The notes: a model not told the origin generated them from the sequence alone. 43,604 nt of DNA from Candidatus Moanibacter sp. (GCA_965215885.1 CBDCEW010000045.1:1-43604), one strand, 5' to 3'; numbered from the stretch's first letter, positions 10,329 to 20,421 are shown. A program made the numbers and translations.

Positions 10329-11649
10329 AATTCCTGTGAACGAACTTGGTCCGCAGGCGGGAAACATGACCCACGCCATTGAAGCCTGTGTGCACTGTGG
10401 GTTCTGCCTTCCTACCTGTCCGACCTATGTTACGATGGGCGAGGAGATGGACTCACCGCGAGGGCGAATCATTCTGATGAAAGAAGTGCTCGAGAACGCC
10501 GTCGAACTTGAAGAGGCGCTACCCTTCATCGACAACTGCCTCGGCTGCGTTGCCTGCGTTACGGCCTGCCCCTCGGGGGTGGCCTTTGGCGAGCTTATCA
10601 CTCCCTTTCGTGCCTTTTCCGAAGAGAGGAGAGAGCGGAGTATTTCACAACGCCTCTTTCGTAGTCTCATAATGGAGACTCTGCCCTACCCTTCCCGTTT
10701 CAGGTTTCTTGCTATTCTCGGCAGTTTTGCACGTCCTTTCAGGGCTCTCCTGCCAAAGGCGCTGCGCACTCCCCTCGACCTCCTTCCACAGACCCTTCCC
10801 AAGGCCCCTCCCCTTCCCGATTTTTATCCGGCGAAAGGATCGCGGCGAGGGCGTGTTGCACTCCTGACCGGCTGTGCACAGCAGGTCCTGGCGCCGAATA
10901 TCAACTGGGCAACATTGCGTGTCCTGAGTGAGAATGGTGTCGAAGTGGTAATCCCAAAAAGTCAGTCCTGTTGCGGCGCCCTCGCCATGCACTCGGGTGA
11001 GGAGAAGCGGGCGAAGAAAACGGCACGCAAGAATCTCTCAGCCTTCCGGGGAGATTTTGATGCCGTCATCACCACGGCGGCGGGGTGCGGTTCCGGGGTG
11101 AAAGAGTACGGACTGCTCTTTAAGGGTGAAGCCGAAATGAAGGAGGCCGGCGACCTCGCTGAGCACACCTCTGATGTGAGCTCCTATCTTTTCAGATTGG
11201 GGCTCAGCGCTCCGCCTGCTCTTCCTGAGCCGGTGCAGATCGTATACCACGATGCCTGTCACCTCGCCCACGCTCAGAAGGAACGTTTAGCGCCGCGCCA
11301 CCTTCTCAATGAAACCAGCAACCTAAACCTTCTCGAGCCACCCGAGTGGGAACTCTGTTGCGGATCGGCCGGCACTTATAACCTCGAAAACCCTGAAACA
11401 GCTGACGACCTGGGTCGGAGGAAGGCTCAAAACCTCATCTCCACGGACGCATCGGCCGTGGCAACAGGAAATATCGGCTGTATAGCGCAAATCCAGCATC
11501 ATTTCTCGAAGCGCAATGTCGCTATTCCCGTTCTTCACACCATGGAAATCCTTGACCTTGCCTATCGTGGAAAAAGTATTCCTAAGGCAGCCGTCGGCCG
11601 CAACCAAACTGGAAGGTCCTCACATGGGGAAGAGGTTGGTATTCAATAA
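10318..11649 (+). CDS. glcF: Glycolate oxidase Fe-S subunit
   Basis: CVHCGFCLPTCP, CLGCVACVTACP, two CCG domains, YHDACHLAH; ATG at 10318 overlaps the glcE end. Confidence 0.92.
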   Translation: MQHRIPVNELGPQAGNMTHAIEACVHCGFCLPTCPTYVTMGEEMDSPRGRIILMKEVLENAVELEEALPFIDNCLGCVACVTACPSGVAFGELITPFRAFSEERRERSISQRLFRSLIMETLPYPSRFRFLAILGSFARPFRALLPKALRTPLDLLPQTLPKAPPLPDFYPAKGSRRGRVALLTGCAQQVLAPNINWATLRVLSENGVEVVIPKSQSCCGALAMHSGEEKRAKKTARKNLSAFRGDFDAVITTAAGCGSGVKEYGLLFKGEAEMKEAGDLAEHTSDVSSYLFRLGLSAPPALPEPVQIVYHDACHLAHAQKERLAPRHLLNETSNLNLLEPPEWELCCGSAGTYNLENPETADDLGRRKAQNLISTDASAVATGNIGCIAQIQHHFSKRNVAIPVLHTMEILDLAYRGKSIPKAAVGRNQTGRSSHGEEVGIQ

Positions 11650-11657
11650 ACTGCAGT

Positions 11658-11878
11658 CGACAAGGTTTGGGACAAGGTTCGCGACGAGGTTACCCAAGGG
11701 AAGTAGGAGATTCCTTCTACATTCGCGTCCATCTGCGTGCATCTGCGGTTCTCTTCTTCTTTTTTGGTTGCGGCTACGCTGCGCTAGGTCGTCCGTGGGC
11801 AATTCAATCTCCGCTGCTGACTCATTCCTTTGGTTGCGGCTTCGCTTCGCTAGGCTTCTCGGTGTTCCTCTGTGGCCC
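11658..11878. repeat. Intergenic repeat cluster between convergent genes
   Basis: gacaaggtt(t/c)gg motif repeats; ggttgcggc..cgctagg at 11766 and 11832 (also at ~720 and inverted at 25501). Confidence 0.7.
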
Positions 11879-11965
11879 CAAATTTAGCAATGATTTAACC
11901 ACTTGTCGCTAAACCACTTCCAGAGTTTAACTTCGCAAATTGCATAGAAGGTACGGGTTAAGACT

Positions 11966-14668
11966 CTAAAGCGAAAACCCGCTTAGACCCCGGTTGAACT
12001 GAAAGTCCACGTTACCGTTGAGTGAATTCCGTGGGATGTATTCCCTTGAAGCAACATCGAGGAGAATCTCTTCAATTCTTTTCACATTCAGGTCGACGCC
12101 TTCGCCAAGGAAACAGTCCACCTCACCTGCTCTGTCCTCATGTTCATTTGCTCTTCCGGCGATCTGAATCATCGGGATCATCGGGTGTCCCTGCATGATG
12201 TGATCACCGGCAAATGCCAGGAATATCTCCACTCCGCTGCCTCCCAATCCGGTCAAAGTCTCGACCCAATGCCCACCAGGGCTCTCCTGCACATAGAATC
12301 CGGCACTCTCGGGCTTTTGCCCATAGGCGAGGTTGGCCCCTTCTGAGAGGTTCAGCCCGATAGCACCACAATATTCCGAATTCTCAAGCAGCGTAGCGCT
12401 CTCCGGCACGATCACGGTGGCCCCGAGACCTGTAAGCCGGCGCGTCAAGACGCCCAGACTCTCACCCACTACGGAAGGGACTTCCTCCGACGACAGGATT
12501 CCGATCGCAAGTTTGCTCACACCGCTTCGGGCGTAAGACGCAGGATCGGCCTCCTCCAACCTTGCGCGGAACCAGTCTTCTACCCGGTCCAGAGCGTTTT
12601 CGAATCCGCCGTCTCGCTGAATACTCACCCACCCGAAGCGATCGGCCTCGACTCCATTGAGGGCCATTTCATTGCGAAAATAGTCGTTATGCGTCAATTC
12701 GCACCCATGCTCCATAAGAAGGCCGAATGCAACATTCGGGTGCGTTAGATAACCGAGCATTGTTCGCTTATAGAACGCTTTGGCGGATTCACCTGACACA
12801 GCGCATCCTTCCGTGTGGGCCAAAGCCGCAAATCGGGACACTCCCTTGTCCCGGCCGAGCCTTATCTTATTTAGTCGTTCTGCCGCAATCATTGCAACTT
12901 GCCCGGCACAGAGGCTCGTTGGGAGGATGAGACCCATCTTCTCCGTCGATTCCACCCCTCCGTTCAATATCGCGTTGAAGGTAGGTTCAACGGTCGGCCT
13001 TTCCGTCTCTATGGAGAGAGGTTCACCGGAGGGTGGCACACGCTTCACCGTCAGGGCTAAGGTATCCGCGCTGGTTTGTCTCCAGTTACGCCAGACCATG
13101 ACTTGTGAATGGCCGGCCGTCTCGCCCTTACTCCTCGCCCCGGATGCAACGGACAGAGCCAGTTCAAAGGCAGAATCCCTCAATTCGTCCATGGGCGTTC
13201 CATCCAGGTAAGCGCCTGCATTCACATCCATTTCATTGGAAAGCAGATCATAACGTTCCGTCGTAGTCACAATCTTGATCGTGGGAACAAACGGAAAATT
13301 CGTTATTGAACCGTTTCCCGTTACAAAAGACACAAGGTTACATCCCGATGCCACCTGGCCGGCAACGCTTTCCAAATCGTTTCCGGGGCTATCCATGAAA
13401 TAGAATCCGCTCCGCCCCATAGGCTCACTGTAATCGATTACGGTGTCCAATCTCACATCGGGGTTCCGTTTCGCGGCAGCTCCCAAGGATTTGAGCACGA
13501 TGTTATAAATGCCTCGAAATCGATTGCCGCCTCCCGGATTGCCCTCCGCGCTGACGTCGTGCCAGGATGCGCGTTCCTGAAAGGCCGCTATCTTGTCCAG
13601 AAACCCCCTGGCCGTCTCGAAGTTTCTGACGTTTTCGAGGACGTATGATTCTGCACCGATAAGCTCATCCGTCTCCGCCAGGTTCGCGCTGCCTCCGTAG
13701 CGAATAATCTCGCGAGCAAGACACGCCGCAAGGGGATTTCCGGAAATTCCAGAAAAGGCGTCGGAGCCGCCGCACTGCAGCGCGAGTTTCAGGTTTGAAA
13801 CGGGGACGGGTTCACGGCAGTGACAGTTCACCTCGGAGAGCCACCCTTGAATCGTCTCAACACCCTCCTCGACACTCTCCTCAAATCCGCCTCTTAACGA
13901 AATGAAGCGATGAAGCACCTCATCGATCGGATATTCGTTCTTGAGGAGATACGCGCGGAGCGTTTTGTTGTTAACCGGTTCTGAACCGTAGTCAGCGGCA
14001 AGTATTGCTCCCACATTTGGATGCACCATATACCCGGCGAGAGTGCGCAGCAGGTAGTCCGCATTATTGGGGCGTGTCTCTTCTCCCCCTTCCGTATGTG
14101 CAACCGCTACAATCCCATCGATATTCTCGTATCGGCTCGCGAGGTGATTCATCTGCTCGGCGAGCTGTCGCGCAAAACTCGCGCTACGGGATGTTGTCCC
14201 TAACACCACAATTGTGTTGCGGGTTCCAACACCCCTATTTTCTCCTCGTTTGAAACCCATGAAAGTCCGCATCCGCTCGCTTTGTGCGACTTGGGTCCCT
14301 GGCTTAAACCCGCCCTCATCCAGCTCGAAACTCTGGATCCGGTTCTCGAAATTCGGTCGGGAAGGGATATCAAAGGAGAGATTTCGAAGGCTGAGCTCTT
14401 CAATGACATCAATATTTCTCACATACTGGCCCGCTTCTATATCCTCAATCGCTACCCCAAACGGGAGCCCCCAGGAGAGAAGTTCCTCTCCCCTGCGAAT
14501 CGGTTTAACGGCAAATCGATGGCCTTCCAGGACCGTGTAATCGTTTACAAACTCTCCCTCAGAGTGGGAAATCCTCGTTCCCGCGGCAATATTGCTGCAG
14601 GCGATCGCGGCATTGTCAGTTGGCGCGGGAAGACGCGCTATTTCTGAGAAACGACGGGGATTTGTCAT
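11966..14668 (-). CDS. UxaA/GarD-family (altronate/galactarate dehydratase-like) protein with SAF domain and internal duplication
   Basis: SAF motif GHRFAV..I..GE.LLSWG; GTRN, HPNVG, LQCGGSD, MDSPGND; second HTEGC..HPNVA..HGCE block. Start 14668 from ATGA overlap with the GT stop. Confidence 0.88.
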   Translation of the reverse strand: MTNPRRFSEIARLPAPTDNAAIACSNIAAGTRISHSEGEFVNDYTVLEGHRFAVKPIRRGEELLSWGLPFGVAIEDIEAGQYVRNIDVIEELSLRNLSFDIPSRPNFENRIQSFELDEGGFKPGTQVAQSERMRTFMGFKRGENRGVGTRNTIVVLGTTSRSASFARQLAEQMNHLASRYENIDGIVAVAHTEGGEETRPNNADYLLRTLAGYMVHPNVGAILAADYGSEPVNNKTLRAYLLKNEYPIDEVLHRFISLRGGFEESVEEGVETIQGWLSEVNCHCREPVPVSNLKLALQCGGSDAFSGISGNPLAACLAREIIRYGGSANLAETDELIGAESYVLENVRNFETARGFLDKIAAFQERASWHDVSAEGNPGGGNRFRGIYNIVLKSLGAAAKRNPDVRLDTVIDYSEPMGRSGFYFMDSPGNDLESVAGQVASGCNLVSFVTGNGSITNFPFVPTIKIVTTTERYDLLSNEMDVNAGAYLDGTPMDELRDSAFELALSVASGARSKGETAGHSQVMVWRNWRQTSADTLALTVKRVPPSGEPLSIETERPTVEPTFNAILNGGVESTEKMGLILPTSLCAGQVAMIAAERLNKIRLGRDKGVSRFAALAHTEGCAVSGESAKAFYKRTMLGYLTHPNVAFGLLMEHGCELTHNDYFRNEMALNGVEADRFGWVSIQRDGGFENALDRVEDWFRARLEEADPASYARSGVSKLAIGILSSEEVPSVVGESLGVLTRRLTGLGATVIVPESATLLENSEYCGAIGLNLSEGANLAYGQKPESAGFYVQESPGGHWVETLTGLGGSGVEIFLAFAGDHIMQGHPMIPMIQIAGRANEHEDRAGEVDCFLGEGVDLNVKRIEEILLDVASREYIPRNSLNGNVDFQFNRGLSGFSL

Positions 14669-15819
14669 AGTTGGCAGCCCTTGAGTGTATTCCTGGGGTA
14701 ATGGGTGCCTCGCCATCTGATACCCCCTCTAATCAAGGTAACTAAGACGGAATTCCAAAGAGTATACAACGCGACGAAGGGTGTGACAGGATACCAGAGC
14801 AGATCGACAAACCTGAATTTTAGAACGCAGGCAAAAGCGCAAAATACAGAGAATCTAAGAAGCACTACAATTGCATTCATGCCGAAGGCAAATCCTTCCG
14901 TAAGAAACAACCCGATATGAGGCCAGATCACAAGTGCGATCATTAAAAGTGTCACCCCGAACGGCCCTGAAATTCGAAAATTGAAAGCGGCGAACACATT
15001 TTTCTCCAATCCCTCGATGAGATGCCGAGTCGAGGAATACCAATCCACCGTTATGAGGCCTACTCCCATAAGGAACTCCTGCTTGAATCCGTTCGATTTG
15101 ATGAGAATCCCCAGACCGATATCATCGATAACATGATTGGCGATCGCCTTATGGGTTCCGCTTTCGAGGTAGGCTTCGCGGGACACAAGATTGAAAGCGC
15201 CCACTCCGGCTGATTCCGGACGATTCTGATTCGATGCGCGCCAGGGTTTCAATATGCTGAGCATTCCGATTCCAACTTCGATCAGCATCATATTGTAAAG
15301 ACCGCCGTGCGGAACGATGTCGAAGGTCACCGCGAGATGCTCGAACTTGCTCTCGACCATGTGGCGCATGGCCCTTCCAAGCGCACTCTTCTCCAGCAAG
15401 ACATCAGCGTCTGAAAAGAGTATGTAATCTCCCTTAGATTGCCGTGCGCCCTGGAAAAGAGCGTGTGGCTTTCCCAGCCAACCTGCGGGGAGCGTATCCA
15501 CTTCGATAACGGTTAGTTTCGGATGGAGCCCCTTCCATCGTTCGAGTATCGTTCCGGTGTTGTCAGTGGAGCGGTCATTGACGGCGATAACCTCGAAATT
15601 GGGGTAATCAAGCGCCATTATGGACCGCAGAGTCCCTTCGATCGATGCGCCTTCGTTGAGGGCGGGAAATACGATCGATACGAGCGGCCCGTCGCTTTGC
15701 CGCCACTTCCCCGTATCTCTCAAGTAGGGAATTTTCTTTAAACCAACAAGGAATTCAATCCCAAGAACGCAGTAGAGAAAAAAGGTAAGACAGGCGAGTA
15801 TGAGAAAATAATCATTCAT
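14665..15819 (-). CDS. Membrane GT2 glycosyltransferase (CrtQ/HpnB-like)
   Basis: PALNE, VNDRSTD, GWLGKPHAL, FSDAD, IDDIGLG, WRG; terminal TM helices. Confidence 0.88.
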   Translation of the reverse strand: MNDYFLILACLTFFLYCVLGIEFLVGLKKIPYLRDTGKWRQSDGPLVSIVFPALNEGASIEGTLRSIMALDYPNFEVIAVNDRSTDNTGTILERWKGLHPKLTVIEVDTLPAGWLGKPHALFQGARQSKGDYILFSDADVLLEKSALGRAMRHMVESKFEHLAVTFDIVPHGGLYNMMLIEVGIGMLSILKPWRASNQNRPESAGVGAFNLVSREAYLESGTHKAIANHVIDDIGLGILIKSNGFKQEFLMGVGLITVDWYSSTRHLIEGLEKNVFAAFNFRISGPFGVTLLMIALVIWPHIGLFLTEGFAFGMNAIVVLLRFSVFCAFACVLKFRFVDLLWYPVTPFVALYTLWNSVLVTLIRGGIRWRGTHYPRNTLKGCQL

Positions 15820-16700
15820 CCGACCGCTATCCCGATTGAAAAGAGGATGCCATAGAGCAGGAGAAAACGCGCCGTGTCGGCAAGGACTTGATTATATTCC
15901 CTACCCTCTCGAGCATTTGTGAGTTGGCGCCGAAGCAATAGAGTCCAGGGCCAGCATAGTACCGGCAGGAGGACAATCCACCCAAAGCCGAACCGCCACA
16001 ATAAGACGGGGATCAGCAGGGATGTGAGGAAAAAGATCTGATATTGTATAATCGAAAATCTCCTGCCGAACCAGACAGCTAAAGTTCTTTTGCCGGCAGC
16101 TCTGTCTGTTTCAATATCGCGAAGATTGTTCACTACAAGGATGTTTGTGGTAAGAGCACCCACTGCTAAAGATACGAAGAAGGAATCCAGAGTAAAGGCT
16201 CCCGCTTGCACATAATAAGTAAACATGACGGCAATGATTCCGAAAAACAGGAACACGAATAAATCGCCCAAGCCATGGTAACCCAAGGGGTAGGGACCAC
16301 CGGTATAGGCAATTCCCGAGAAAACGCTCGCGATACCGACGAACAAAAGCCACCAGCCTCCGTATAAAATAAGCACACTTCCAAGGAGGAGCGCCGCAAA
16401 GAAAACTCCAGACATCACCCTCCGCATCACCTCGGGCTCAACCAAACCCGCCGCCACGGCCCGAACCGGTCCGATGCGATCGGGAGAATCGGCGCCGCTC
16501 ATGTAATCATAATAATCGTTGGCGAAATTCGTCCCGATCTGAATCAGAAGGGCGAAAACGAGACAGAGCGACGCCGGGACAAGGGCGAACGCACCGTCCC
16601 GCATGGCCAACGCTGTTCCCAGCATGACTGGAACCAAGGCAGCGGGAAAAGTCCTCGGGCGCGCCGCCAATATCCAGACTTTAATAGATTCCGTTTTCAT
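15816..16700 (-). CDS. menA: 1,4-dihydroxy-2-naphthoate polyprenyltransferase
   Basis: ARPRT, NFANDYYD, YTGGPYPLGYHGLGD, VNNLRDIETD..AGKRTLAV. Confidence 0.95.
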   Translation of the reverse strand: MKTESIKVWILAARPRTFPAALVPVMLGTALAMRDGAFALVPASLCLVFALLIQIGTNFANDYYDYMSGADSPDRIGPVRAVAAGLVEPEVMRRVMSGVFFAALLLGSVLILYGGWWLLFVGIASVFSGIAYTGGPYPLGYHGLGDLFVFLFFGIIAVMFTYYVQAGAFTLDSFFVSLAVGALTTNILVVNNLRDIETDRAAGKRTLAVWFGRRFSIIQYQIFFLTSLLIPVLLWRFGFGWIVLLPVLCWPWTLLLRRQLTNAREGREYNQVLADTARFLLLYGILFSIGIAVG

Positions 16701-17590
16701 AATGCCCCACTCAAGAAATTTATCCGTTGTCCGTAAACCAGTCCGAACCGCTTCATGATCTCTTCTTGCGACAGTCCGACGTCCGTCCCGGAATGAAAGG
16801 CTTCGTAGATACGCTCTCCCTCCCCGGAGAGAACGGTTATGGAAATATCCGCGAATTCCGGTAAGACCCCACGTGGATTTCCATTCCGATAGAGCGGAAA
16901 TGCAGCCTCATCTGATGAGTTGAGGGGCAAATTGACTGCCTCAGCGCTATCACCAGTCGCTTCTCTTGTCCAAAACGTCGCCTGGAAAGATACAATACTT
17001 GCGGCGAGAAACGAACTCGATACTATTTCCCGCGAAGAGATATCAAGGAAATCACTGCGCTCTTTCTCTCGCAAATTTCCCAGGTACTCTTGAAAGGTCC
17101 GCTTCGCATCGATCTTAGTCCGATACAATCCCGACACCTTTCCACTCCCACTCGATGGATCGGCCGGATTTGTATAGGCGAGTTGATAACTGATTGCATT
17201 CAGCCCCCCGGGCTCCCCTTCCGTTCGATCCGGAGCGGCTGTAAAGAACCGCAACCAGACTGTTTCATCGGATCCTTCCCGCCCATTCATGGGTTCGGCA
17301 ATGAGCCACACCTCGCGGTTATCTTCGAAGTAGGCTCCTTCGAGGTCCCGGACCAGATATTCCAGACAGTTGCGCGCTCTCATATCGGCCGAAAGCGCTC
17401 CCGTGGCCCTGTTCCAAGAATTCAGAATTCCCGACGCAAGGTATAGAACAAGGGCGACAAGCAGAGTAAATATCGACGTGGCGACGATCAGTTCGAGAAG
17501 GGAAAACGCGGAACGCGGAGTATAAGAGTCCGCCGCTTTTGAGAATCTCTCTACAGGCCAGGAATCTGTTAGGCTTAGCATTCCCGTCAT
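16697..17590 (-). CDS. Prepilin-type protein (GspJ/PilW-like)
   Basis: AFSLLELIVATSIF plus hydrophobic helix; L.RDL; ATGA overlaps on both sides. Confidence 0.82.
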   Translation of the reverse strand: MTGMLSLTDSWPVERFSKAADSYTPRSAFSLLELIVATSIFTLLVALVLYLASGILNSWNRATGALSADMRARNCLEYLVRDLEGAYFEDNREVWLIAEPMNGREGSDETVWLRFFTAAPDRTEGEPGGLNAISYQLAYTNPADPSSGSGKVSGLYRTKIDAKRTFQEYLGNLREKERSDFLDISSREIVSSSFLAASIVSFQATFWTREATGDSAEAVNLPLNSSDEAAFPLYRNGNPRGVLPEFADISITVLSGEGERIYEAFHSGTDVGLSQEEIMKRFGLVYGQRINFLSGAL

Positions 17591-18231
17591 CGTGTAATCG
17601 CTACGTCGTAGGCGAGCAGGAAATCTTCTTCGCTTGGCGACTCCGCGGCATCGAGAGAATATTCCGGTGGTTGAGGAACTGCCATCGAATATACGCTCAC
17701 CTGAAGAGCGAGGAACCCTTCGTGGAATAGGGTGATATCCGCAGGCAGTGTCCTCTGTCGTTCACCTGGCGCCGCCGATTCTTCGTGTATGCTGGAAGTG
17801 GTAAGCACAACTCTGAAAGGAGGCCCATAAAGTCTGGGCAAGTCATCCTTTATACTTGGATCACCAATCTCGGAAACGCGTTCCTGAATCTCATTCTCTT
17901 TCGGACCCGTTCGAATCGAATAGGAGAAAAGGTATTTCTCCCTGTCCCCCGCAACCCACGAGTATACTTCCGAAAAACTGCGCTCTCGCAGGAATGCGGC
18001 AATCGATTGGCTCACCGCGGTAGCCTTTTCCCTCTCCGATACTTCAGCGATATTTCGCAATGTAGGAAGAAAAAGTCCGAGAAGCGAAAGGATGGCGATA
18101 GCAAATACTCCGATCGCAACTACCACCTCAATGAGGGAAAATGCCCCCGATTCCGGGTTTCGTTTCATTCGGTGGGAGCTGCTGTCTTTTTTGAGCCTGT
18201 TGCCCAAACAAGAATGAGCGTTGTTGATCAA
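17587..18231 (-). CDS. Prepilin-type protein (GspI/PilV-like)
   Basis: AFSLIEVVVAIGVFAIAILSLLGLF; start may be the later MKRNPES. Confidence 0.82.
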   Translation of the reverse strand: MINNAHSCLGNRLKKDSSSHRMKRNPESGAFSLIEVVVAIGVFAIAILSLLGLFLPTLRNIAEVSEREKATAVSQSIAAFLRERSFSEVYSWVAGDREKYLFSYSIRTGPKENEIQERVSEIGDPSIKDDLPRLYGPPFRVVLTTSSIHEESAAPGERQRTLPADITLFHEGFLALQVSVYSMAVPQPPEYSLDAAESPSEEDFLLAYDVAITR

Positions 18232-19109
18232 TCTGATATCCTGGATATACCTCCGAGGCGATGGATCACGAATCCACTCCTAATTTCTTCTTCCTCCACG
18301 TCCAAGGTGCCTCCGGAATCCACAACACTCCCGACCACGATCAGAAATGGGGCGCCGGGATTCCTGGAAATCCCCCTTCCGTTGAATTCGTAGAAAATCC
18401 ATTCGGGTCCCCCATCCCCTTCGCTCCTGCCTTCGCTTCGGGGAAAGTCGATTCGCATCAGGCCGGGTTTAGTAGACGGGCCTGTCGTTTCAGTGAAGCT
18501 CTCCCTGCTATAGTAAATCCCTTTCGGTAGATACGTTCCCGCGTTAGCAGCATACCAGAGATTATCCTTCTGGTTCAGGAATACTACTCCAAGGTATCGA
18601 AGATACCGCTCGCGATCATCCGGATCGAAATTGACGATACAACGCGCTTTCGTACTCTTCAGCATGGCCTGCGCGCGTGCGGCCTGTATCATACCCGTAG
18701 CAATCCTTTCACCGGAACTAAGACGGCTGCCGGCACTCCCCGGCGACAGGGCGAGACCGAGGAAGGCAGCAAGAATGGTAATCAATCCCACTACCACCAT
18801 AAGCTCGACCAGGGTGAAGGCATTCGCTCGCCTTGCATCAAGGCAGGGCCCTGGTGGTCTCAAACGAGTAACCAAACTGGAATAACGACAAGAGATAAGA
18901 GGGGTCACAGAGCGCCACAGAGCCGTCTCCGCTGCGCTGCGCCGTGCCAGGGAACCACAGAGACGCACGGAGAAGATATCGGTGGACGACATCAGTATGA
19001 AATTACGATTCTGCTTTCCTCCAGGAAAGACATTCAATCCCCGGTGACTCCGCTCCGTCCCTACCACCGATACCACCGGACCAAAGGTCTTCTGTTCCGT
19101 AGACTCCAT
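18228..19109 (-). CDS. Prepilin-type protein (GspH/FimT-like); start uncertain
   Basis: AFTLVELMVVVGLITILA; ARAQAM; 5' part runs through repeat DNA, so the true start may be 18992 or closer. Confidence 0.8.
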   Translation of the reverse strand: MESTEQKTFGPVVSVVGTERSHRGLNVFPGGKQNRNFILMSSTDIFSVRLCGSLARRSAAETALWRSVTPLISCRYSSLVTRLRPPGPCLDARRANAFTLVELMVVVGLITILAAFLGLALSPGSAGSRLSSGERIATGMIQAARAQAMLKSTKARCIVNFDPDDRERYLRYLGVVFLNQKDNLWYAANAGTYLPKGIYYSRESFTETTGPSTKPGLMRIDFPRSEGRSEGDGGPEWIFYEFNGRGISRNPGAPFLIVVGSVVDSGGTLDVEEEEIRSGFVIHRLGGISRISD

Positions 19110-19398
19110 GAGATTGAGTATTGAATAAGGAAATCAGGAAAGCAGGAAGTTTACCATACCATAGAACGAAGTAGGAGTCGACTTCGCCTCGCGCGCAGCG
19201 CGCTTGAAACGCAAAGAATAGCATTCCCAAGAGCGCGACTACCCTCTACCCGCTAAAAAGGCGCTTTTGAGAATGCTATTCTTTGCGTTTCAGGCTCTGC
19301 CTTACGGCTGAGAGGCGAAGTAGGCTCCTCCCTCGTTCTATAGTTCCAACTAAAATTCTCCGTGGTCCTCTGTGGTTCTCGGTGTTGCTCTGTGACCC
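18902..19398. repeat. Composite element bounded by ~41-bp inverted repeats, containing a ~180-bp palindromic MITE-like unit (19161-19341)
   Basis: gggtcacagagc..aaccacagag..cacggag vs ctccgtggtcctctgtggttctcggtgttgctctgtgaccc; inner arms gaaacgcaaagaatagcattc / gaatgctattctttgcgtttc homologous to 354-440. Confidence 0.8.
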
Positions 19399-19436
19399 TG
19401 AATCAGTCCTGATTTCAAAGATGTATGTTCAATATC

Positions 19437-20057
19437 CTACTCCCAACTCCTCACATCTTTCCAATCTCCACAACCTCTGCTCGAAGAGAATATGAGCACT
19501 CCTGCATTGACGGTATTTCCCGCCGGGTCTCGCACCGTTCCATCCCGATCAGTGTCAACCAATATGGAGATATTCGGGTTGCCAAAGGCGTCGACGATTA
19601 CGTTTTCCGGAACCAGTTCGCTACAGTTGCTGGTACTATCGGATGAAATTTCGGATTGGGAGAATTGATAAAATGAAATCCCACGCAAGTTAGCCCGATT
19701 AGCGTATGATTCGCTAATCGGCTTTCCCTCCCGTGTGCGACCACTAAGTGTTTGAATGAATACCGCGTTCTGTCCCTTCAGATCGAATCGTTCACCCTCA
19801 GAACCCATCGTTGGATAGAACCCGTACTCCGCTCTAAACTGTTCGTAGGCGATCGCATATTGATTAAACTGACTCTTCGTCTTCGCCTTCAACGTCGATC
19901 GTCGCACCGTGCTGGCCGCTGGAATAAAGATACCGATCAAGATCGCAATTATCGCAACCACCGTGAGTAGCTCCACGACTGTGAAGCCATTGGATGCCAC
20001 CTTTCGTAAAGGAGCCGTGGGTCTACTTGAGTTGAGATTACTTGCCCCTTTTCGCAT
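19437..20057 (-). CDS. Prepilin-type protein (GspG-like)
   Basis: GFTVVELLTVVAIIAILIGI, F..EYGFYP, DAFGNP; ATG at 20057. Confidence 0.85.
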   Translation of the reverse strand: MRKGASNLNSSRPTAPLRKVASNGFTVVELLTVVAIIAILIGIFIPAASTVRRSTLKAKTKSQFNQYAIAYEQFRAEYGFYPTMGSEGERFDLKGQNAVFIQTLSGRTREGKPISESYANRANLRGISFYQFSQSEISSDSTSNCSELVPENVIVDAFGNPNISILVDTDRDGTVRDPAGNTVNAGVLIFSSSRGCGDWKDVRSWE

Positions 20058-20421
20058 CGTGACTCTCAATCGTGATCTCCCGTCGATCTTCTCTTCCTTC
20101 GATTTTAGATTACGATTATGATTCACGACAGGAAGATTGAGCAAGCTCCCCTCTTTCATCGTAACTCTCAATCGTGGATCTCCCGTCGATCTTCTCTTCC
20201 TTCGATTTTAGATTACGATTATGATTCACGACAGGAGGATTGAGCAAGCTCCCCTCTTTCATCGTGACTCTCAATCGTGGATCTCCCGTCGATCTTCTCT
20301 TCCTTCGATTTTAGATTACGATTATGATTATGATTATGATTCACGACAGGAAGATTGAGCAAGCTCCCCTCTCCCATCGTAACTCTCAATCGTGGATCTC
20401 CCATCGATCTTCTCTTCTTTC
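20055..20421 (-). repeat. Tandem array (units of 102, 103, 115 bp plus a partial unit) of the ~100-bp repeat family
   Basis: Near-identical units with cat at 20055, 20157, 20260, 20375; gattat hexamer expansion in the third unit. Confidence 0.92.
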
